Source: Moraxella nasicaprae (GTDB taxonomy: Bacteria > Pseudomonadota > Gammaproteobacteria > Pseudomonadales > Moraxellaceae). From it: a stretch of DNA of 32,000 bases. Of this stretch, positions 26,503 to 32,000 are shown in pieces (within the stretch, counting starts at the first letter, position 1; every line of letters begins with the position of its first letter). A program made the translations under genes and the position numbers. Below the pieces are notes generated by a model. It was not told the origin of the DNA. It ran no database searches and was given only the letters and a program-made list of their open reading frames with translations. Location: positions 1,650,001-1,682,000 of the forward strand of contig NZ_CP089977.1 in NCBI RefSeq assembly GCF_025643275.1, read 5' to 3'.

Positions 26503-28953
26503 CTAATAGGTGCTTTGAGTGTCTTCTTGCCATTGAATGATTGGTGGTTCGGCTTGCACATCGGGCATTGATGGCTCATCATCTAAGGTTGGGTATTGCT
26601 CCTCGTCCAGAGATTGTGTCTCATGCCATCTGTCATCATTGCCCCATTCATCTGTTGGTTCTGCTGGCAGATATAGAGTGTTTTGCTGGATAATCATACT
26701 GGCACATTCATCAATACCTAATTGGTCTGCTTCGCCCATGATGGGTAGCCAGCTGGCATTAGGGCAGTCTTGATGAGAAAGCTGTCCAGAGTAGCGATTG
26801 ACCCATTGCCAAGTGATGCCTTGTGGTATGGGTAGATTGACAGGGCTTAGGCTAAGTCGTCTCATGTAGTCCGCCCAGATGGGTAATGCACCTGTACCGC
26901 CAGTCAGACCAATGGGTTTGTTATCATCTCGTCCAATCCAAACAATGCTGACATAATTATCACTATACCCCGCAAACCAAGCATCTTTATAATCATTGGT
27001 TGTGCCTGTTTTGCCCGCCAGACCAAGCGTACCGTCAAATCCTGCACCTTTGGCAGTGCCTGACAGCATTACTTCTTGCAGGGCACGATTGAGTAGATAG
27101 ACCGCTTGTGGTGATGCACGAAATCCTTGTGGATTTTGGTTTCTTTGAGCGATGTTGCCTTGTTCATCAATCACTCGGGTGACGCTATGAATGGGGGCGT
27201 ATGCACCACCATTGGCAAAAATTTGATACATACCCAGCATTTGTAAGGGCGACAGATTGACTGCTCCTAGCATGGTGGCTGGATATTGGGGGATTTGGCT
27301 GGTGATGCCTAAGGTACCAAGCTGATTGATGAATGCTTCCATGCCAAATTCAAGACCAACATTGACCGCTGCTTGATTATAAGAATTTGCCAACGCATCG
27401 ATGAGTGGTACATTGCCATGCGAACGACCACCGTAGTTTTGAGGTGTCCAAGTATTTTGCCCAATTTGATAAGTGATGGATTCGTCACTGACGGTGCTGG
27501 TCAGCTGATAGCGACCTGATTGTAGGGCGGTCAGATAGATGGCAGGTTTTAGTAATGAACCAACTTGTCTTTTGGCATCGATGGCTCGGTTAAAACCTGT
27601 AAAGTCATCTCCACCGCCAATTAAGGCAAGCAGTTCGCCTGTTTTTGGATTGGCACTAATCAAGGCGGCTTGTAATGGCTTGGTGGCGGCATTTTGCTGA
27701 CGCAGGGCGGTCAGCTGCTTTTTGATGGATTGTTCGGCGGCTCGCTGGGCGATAGGGTCAAGCGTTGAAATGATTCGCAGACCACGAGTTTGTAAATCTT
27801 CGTCCTTGTAATACAGTTTTAGCTCTCGTTGTACCATGTCCAAAAAATCAGGAAAAGGAAATTTGGCAATCGATGGCACTTTGACCACCGAAAGCGGTTT
27901 GGCGATGGCGGCATCATAGGCGGCTTGGCTAATCTTGCCTGTGATGAGCATATTATGCAAAACGGTGTTGCGTCTTTGTAATGCTCGCTCTGGGTGCTTG
28001 CGAGGATTGTAGTAACTTGGGCCTTTGGCGATACCAACCAGCAAAGCGTGCTGTTCTAGGCTTAGTTCGTTTAGGGGTTTGTTAAAATAAAATTGGGCAG
28101 CAATACCAAAGCCATTAACTGAGCGATTGCCATTTTGCCCCAGATTGATTTCGTTCAGATAAGCCAGCAGAATCTCTTCTTTGGTGTAGTGCATTTCTAG
28201 CAGTAGTGCCATCATGACTTCATTGGCTTTACGGCTAAATGTGCGTTCAGAATTTAGATAGAAATTTTTGATGAGCTGCTGTGTGATGGTTGAGCCACCC
28301 TGCATGGATTTGCCACTGATATTGGCAAGCAAGGCACGACCGATGCCACGCAACGAAACGCCATGATGCTCATAAAAGGCACGGTCTTCGGTGGCGATGA
28401 GTGCGTCCGTCAGCTGCTGGGGAATCTGCGTCTTGTCAATCAGTTGGCGGTCTTCGTTATTGGCAGGGTAGATACCGCCAATATTGATGGGTTCAAGGCG
28501 TAGCATACCTTGCCCATTGGGTTTGGTGGTGCGAAGACTTGTGATTTTACCATCGGCAAAGCTGATTTGTATGACTTGATTGTCGTCTTTTTCGCCATTG
28601 CCATAATCAAAGCCGCGAGTATGAATGGTGTAACTTTGATTGTTTTTTTGGTAAGTGCCTGTTTGATGAAGATTACCTTTTTGATAGCCTAGTAGGCGTA
28701 ACCATTCATCAAGTTGGGCAGGCGAGAGTGGACTGTCTGGCGTAATGGTCAAAGGCTTAGAATACAGTGTTGCTGGAATGTCCCATTTGCGATTCTCAAA
28801 CTTATTGACAATGATGCTATTGAGCGTCATGGCATATATCGCTAAGGCAATCATGGCAACGATGAATGCGATGAGCAAAATTAGACTGATGATAAAACCT
28901 TGCTGAGAACTGGGACGCTGATTCATAAAAAAACCTACAAACAAAATCCTCAT
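26503..28953 (-). CDS. mrcB: Penicillin-binding protein 1B (bifunctional glycosyltransferase/transpeptidase)
   Basis: It has an N-terminal TM and a UB2H-like segment before the GT51 motifs ('ATEDRAFYEHHGVS', 'GGSTITQQLIKN', 'RKANEVMMALLLE'). The transpeptidase motifs are 'GSLLKP', 'SYN' and 'KTGTTND'. The start is uncertain (ATG 28953 or ATG 28926, 'MNQRPSS'), and neither has a clear SD. Confidence 0.9.
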   Translation of the reverse strand: MRILFVGFFMNQRPSSQQGFIISLILLIAFIVAMIALAIYAMTLNSIIVNKFENRKWDIPATLYSKPLTITPDSPLSPAQLDEWLRLLGYQKGNLHQTGTYQKNNQSYTIHTRGFDYGNGEKDDNQVIQISFADGKITSLRTTKPNGQGMLRLEPINIGGIYPANNEDRQLIDKTQIPQQLTDALIATEDRAFYEHHGVSLRGIGRALLANISGKSMQGGSTITQQLIKNFYLNSERTFSRKANEVMMALLLEMHYTKEEILLAYLNEINLGQNGNRSVNGFGIAAQFYFNKPLNELSLEQHALLVGIAKGPSYYNPRKHPERALQRRNTVLHNMLITGKISQAAYDAAIAKPLSVVKVPSIAKFPFPDFLDMVQRELKLYYKDEDLQTRGLRIISTLDPIAQRAAEQSIKKQLTALRQQNAATKPLQAALISANPKTGELLALIGGGDDFTGFNRAIDAKRQVGSLLKPAIYLTALQSGRYQLTSTVSDESITYQIGQNTWTPQNYGGRSHGNVPLIDALANSYNQAAVNVGLEFGMEAFINQLGTLGITSQIPQYPATMLGAVNLSPLQMLGMYQIFANGGAYAPIHSVTRVIDEQGNIAQRNQNPQGFRASPQAVYLLNRALQEVMLSGTAKGAGFDGTLGLAGKTGTTNDYKDAWFAGYSDNYVSIVWIGRDDNKPIGLTGGTGALPIWADYMRRLSLSPVNLPIPQGITWQWVNRYSGQLSHQDCPNASWLPIMGEADQLGIDECASMIIQQNTLYLPAEPTDEWGNDDRWHETQSLDEEQYPTLDDEPSMPDVQAEPPIIQWQEDTQSTY

Positions 28954-29073
28954 TACTATGAATGAAATTCACTCATTTTGCAAGGGGTAAAATTGTGAAA
29001 AAACCTTGCTTGATGATGAATGAATATTGGGCAATGCTTACTGAATTTTCCCAAAAAAATCATCGTAGGCTTG

Positions 29074-29082
29074 TGTTATAAT
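29074..29082 (+). promoter_or_regulatory. Candidate extended -10 promoter element for the P-type ATPase gene
   Basis: A perfect TGtTATAAT lies about 29 nt upstream of the ATG at 29111. Confidence 0.4.
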
Positions 29083-29110
29083 AAGTCAAATTCATCATAA
29101 TAACAAAACC

Positions 29111-31708
29111 ATGAACCAAGCCAATTCTCCTGATTTTGACCAAATTGAACAAAGTTTGGTATTACCCCCAGAAGGCAGCTGTTTTCACTGTGGTGAGATT
29201 TTACCAAAACAGCCGTTTTTTACGATGATTTTTGACAAACCCAGAGCCATGTGCTGTCTAGGTTGCCAGCTTGCCGCCCAAAGCATCGTGGAGGCTGGAT
29301 TATCTCAGTATTATTTAGACCGCCGTGAAATCAGTCCAACCGCCAGCTTGCCTGACGCCATCAATTTTACCGCTTATGACCATGATGACATTAAGGCACA
29401 GTTTGTCTATGCCGAAAGTGGTGGTAGTACCGCAGAATTATCGGTATTAAATCTAAAATGTGCTGCTTGTACTTGGCTGATTGAAAGTAGATTGCGTGCC
29501 TTGTCAGGTGTCAAGTCTTGTCAGGTCAATCTAACTCAACAACGAATGCGAGTTAATTGGGACGAAAGCGTCTTGCCCATCAGTGAAATCTTAAAAGCGG
29601 TGCATTCGGTCGGTTATGATGCCAAGCCGTATCGTCAAGATACCCATGAGGCAATGCTCAAACGCCAAAACAAACAAATGCTCATTCGTTTAGGCATTGC
29701 TGCACTTGGTGCCATGCAAGCGATGATGTTCTCCATTGGTATGTACTTTGGGGCGTACAGCGGTATGCTGACTGAGCATCGGGACTTTTTGCGATATGTG
29801 TCATTATTTGTGAGTATTCCTGTATTTTTTTATTCAGGTGTGCCATTTTTTATGTCGGCATATCATGCCATTCGTGCCAAGCAGGTCAATATGGATGTGC
29901 CTGTGTCCATTGCTTTGGTCACGACTTTTGTGGCAAGTCTATACGCCACACTGCTTGGGGCTGGCGAGACTTATTTTGATTCGGTGGCGATGTTCATTTT
30001 TTTCTTGCTGGCGGGACGATACATTGAACAAAATGCTCGCCTAAAAGCATCTAATATGGCAACCGATTTGGTGGTGATTGAGCCAATTTTGGTCAAAAAA
30101 ATCACGCACGCCCATGAGCTGATTGACAGCATTGAACAAAATACACTAGATACCACACAATTACAGCAATTTTGGCAACGCTGGCAACAAACACATCAAT
30201 CCGATGGCGATGAGCTCAAACTGACCAATCATCGACTTGATGATACTGACAAAATCCTTGCCCAAAGTGTCAAAGTGGGCGATGTGGTGTTCATTGAGGC
30301 AGGCTCTCAGATTGTTGCTGATGGCGTGCTACTCTCAAAAACCGCCACCGTCTCCCAAAGTCTATTGACAGGCGAAAGCGATTTGATTGTCAAATCGTTT
30401 GGCGATACGATGGTCGGTGGTTCACAAAATGACAGTCAGCCCTTCATCATGCTCATCACCAAAGAAGTGGACGACAGCCAAATCGCCTTGATTGACCGCT
30501 TGATGAATCGTGCCATGAGTGAAAAACCCAAAATCGCCCAAGATGCCGACAAAATGGCCAGATGGTTTGTGGCAAGAGTGCTTGTGTTGTCGCTTTTGGT
30601 GTTTGCGGTGTGGTTTTTTGTGGATAAAAGCCAAGCACTTTGGGCGACGGTGGCGGTATTGGTGGCAACCTGTCCTTGTGCATTGTCGCTTGCCACGCCA
30701 ATTGCATTGACGGTGGCAACCAATCGCTTGGCAAGTTTTGGCTTTTTAAGCACTCGTGGACATACCATTCAGACATTATCCGAGGTTGGCTATGTGGCTT
30801 TTGATAAGACAGGTACGCTGACGATGGGGCAGGCAAATTTGCTTGCCACAATAACCAATCACATTGATGAAAAACAAGCATTAAGCATCGCTGCTGCTTT
30901 GGAGATTGGGAGCAAGCACCCTGTGGCACGGGCGATTTTGACCGCAGCTCATGGTCTTCATCTGCCAGCCAGCAGTGAAATTTTGCATCATGTTGCAGGC
31001 GGGATTGAGGGCTTGATTGATGGTGTTTGGTATCGCATTGGGCATGATAAATTTGTCTTAGATGGCAAAGAGAATCAAACGCTGGTGGAGGATTTGGCGA
31101 CATATCAAGCCAATATGTCGGTGGTGCTGTCTGCCAGCATAGATGGTGTTTGGCAGGTGTTGGCACGATTTTATTTTAATGACCCTGTGCGTTCAGATGC
31201 CAAAATGATGATTGATGCACTAAAACAACAAAACATCACGCCCATCATGCTGACAGGCGACCCTAATCCCAACGCCTTGCAGGTTGCCAAGAACTTGGGT
31301 ATTGATGAAGTGCATTATAGGCTTAGTCCAGAGGATAAAGTCAATCACATCAAACGCTTGCAGCAAGATGGTCATACCGTCATGATGGTGGGCGATGGCA
31401 TCAATGACGCTCCTGTCTTGGCGGCTGCTAATGTATCCACCTCCATTGCAGGTGCGGCGGATTTGGCTCAGGTATCTAGTGATAGTATCTTGCTTGGCGG
31501 TCAGTTGTTGCCCATTAAGCAGGCTTTGCATGTTGCCAGCATTACCCAAAAAATCATTCGCCAAAATTTAAGATGGGCATTGATTTATAATACTGCGGTG
31601 TTGATTCCAGCGGCATTTGGCTATGTGCCACCTTGGCTGGCAGCGATTGGTATGTCGCTATCTAGTTTGCTTGTGGTGCTCAATGCCATGCGAATCAAGA
31701 GAAGCTAG
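29111..31708 (+). CDS. ccoI: Heavy-metal (Cu+) translocating P1B-type ATPase, CcoI/FixI type
   Basis: The N-terminal Cys-rich 'CFHCGEILP...CCLGCQLA' is the cation-ATPase metal-binding domain typical of FixI/CcoI. An HMA-like 'LKCAACTWLIES' follows. Core motifs are 'TGESD', the CPC motif 'ATCPCALSLATP', 'FDKTGTLT' and 'VGDGINDAP'. Confidence 0.85.
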   Translation: MNQANSPDFDQIEQSLVLPPEGSCFHCGEILPKQPFFTMIFDKPRAMCCLGCQLAAQSIVEAGLSQYYLDRREISPTASLPDAINFTAYDHDDIKAQFVYAESGGSTAELSVLNLKCAACTWLIESRLRALSGVKSCQVNLTQQRMRVNWDESVLPISEILKAVHSVGYDAKPYRQDTHEAMLKRQNKQMLIRLGIAALGAMQAMMFSIGMYFGAYSGMLTEHRDFLRYVSLFVSIPVFFYSGVPFFMSAYHAIRAKQVNMDVPVSIALVTTFVASLYATLLGAGETYFDSVAMFIFFLLAGRYIEQNARLKASNMATDLVVIEPILVKKITHAHELIDSIEQNTLDTTQLQQFWQRWQQTHQSDGDELKLTNHRLDDTDKILAQSVKVGDVVFIEAGSQIVADGVLLSKTATVSQSLLTGESDLIVKSFGDTMVGGSQNDSQPFIMLITKEVDDSQIALIDRLMNRAMSEKPKIAQDADKMARWFVARVLVLSLLVFAVWFFVDKSQALWATVAVLVATCPCALSLATPIALTVATNRLASFGFLSTRGHTIQTLSEVGYVAFDKTGTLTMGQANLLATITNHIDEKQALSIAAALEIGSKHPVARAILTAAHGLHLPASSEILHHVAGGIEGLIDGVWYRIGHDKFVLDGKENQTLVEDLATYQANMSVVLSASIDGVWQVLARFYFNDPVRSDAKMMIDALKQQNITPIMLTGDPNPNALQVAKNLGIDEVHYRLSPEDKVNHIKRLQQDGHTVMMVGDGINDAPVLAAANVSTSIAGAADLAQVSSDSILLGGQLLPIKQALHVASITQKIIRQNLRWALIYNTAVLIPAAFGYVPPWLAAIGMSLSSLLVVLNAMRIKRS

Positions 31709-31762
31709 TTTTTGCTTTACTATGAATGATGAGTTGTGTATAATACGCCAAAGTTTCTTTTC

Positions 31763-31838
<76 letters not shown>

Positions 31839-31847
31839 TATACCAAT

Positions 31848-31883
31848 TTAAGGGCGTTCGTGCTGGTTCACGAACGCCCTTAA
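31848..31883 (+). repeat. Perfect 15-bp inverted repeat (hairpin) 10 nt downstream of the tRNA
   Basis: 'ttaagggcgttcgtg-ctggtt-cacgaacgcccttaa'. No U-tract follows it. Confidence 0.85.
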
Positions 31884-32000
31884 TCGTTAGGAATTGTAAG
31901 GGGTTGTGTGTTTATGGCGGTTCGTATTAAACCGTACAAAACCGCTTGATTTGGGGGTATATTTGGGGATATATTAGTGAGCAATAAAAATATAACCCTA

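Noticed and set aside
30456-31166. A 236-aa minus-strand ORF (and other antisense ORFs) inside ccoI
   Set aside because: It is fully antisense to a strongly supported P-type ATPase CDS, its composition is Pro/Gln/Trp/His-rich, and it has no recognisable motifs. The same reasoning applies to the antisense or alternative-frame ORFs listed inside hscA, iscS, purH, purM, mrcB, ppiD and the AGCS gene.
31712-31744. A sigma70 promoter for the tRNA (TTGCTT ... TATAAT)
   Set aside because: TATAAT at 31739-31744 is a perfect -10 placed sensibly upstream of the tRNA. The only -35-like hexamer is 21 nt away, and the TG dinucleotides are not in extended -10 register. It is plausible but not supportable as a defined feature.

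Overview
This window is mostly core-genome housekeeping DNA from a gammaproteobacterium. Gene order and roughly 42-44% GC suggest a Moraxellaceae/Pseudomonadales-like organism, but that is inference only.

Genes recognised, left to right:
- dsbD (5'-partial)
- an alanine/glycine:cation symporter
- a lemA-TPM-TPM operon
- rplU-rpmA
- a heavily frameshifted zupT pseudogene
- a decayed nuclease/toxin-like gene remnant with an internal tandem duplication
- a YccT/DUF2057-like periplasmic protein
- hda, an AI-2E family transporter, and purM-purN
- the complete iscRSUA-hscBA-fdx cluster
- a UbiJ/SCP2-like membrane-anchored protein
- hupB-ppiD, purH, fis, prmA, mrcB (PBP1B)
- a CcoI/FixI-type P1B ATPase
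- a tRNA with a CAU anticodon (ileX-like)

I found no CRISPR array, intact IS element, integrase, or convincing intact multi-gene system of unknown type. The only clearly accessory, non-core stretch is about 7.1-8.9 kb, and both gene-like entities there are degraded.

The other points worth a second look are smaller:
- a hairpin or MITE-like element downstream of hda
- an orphan ccoI with an insertion
- an unusually long low-complexity DsbD linker
- a membrane-anchored UbiJ paralogue
- a perfect 15-bp hairpin just 3' of the tRNA at the window edge, which could be an island boundary

All functional calls come from recognising translated motifs by eye. No database search was run.
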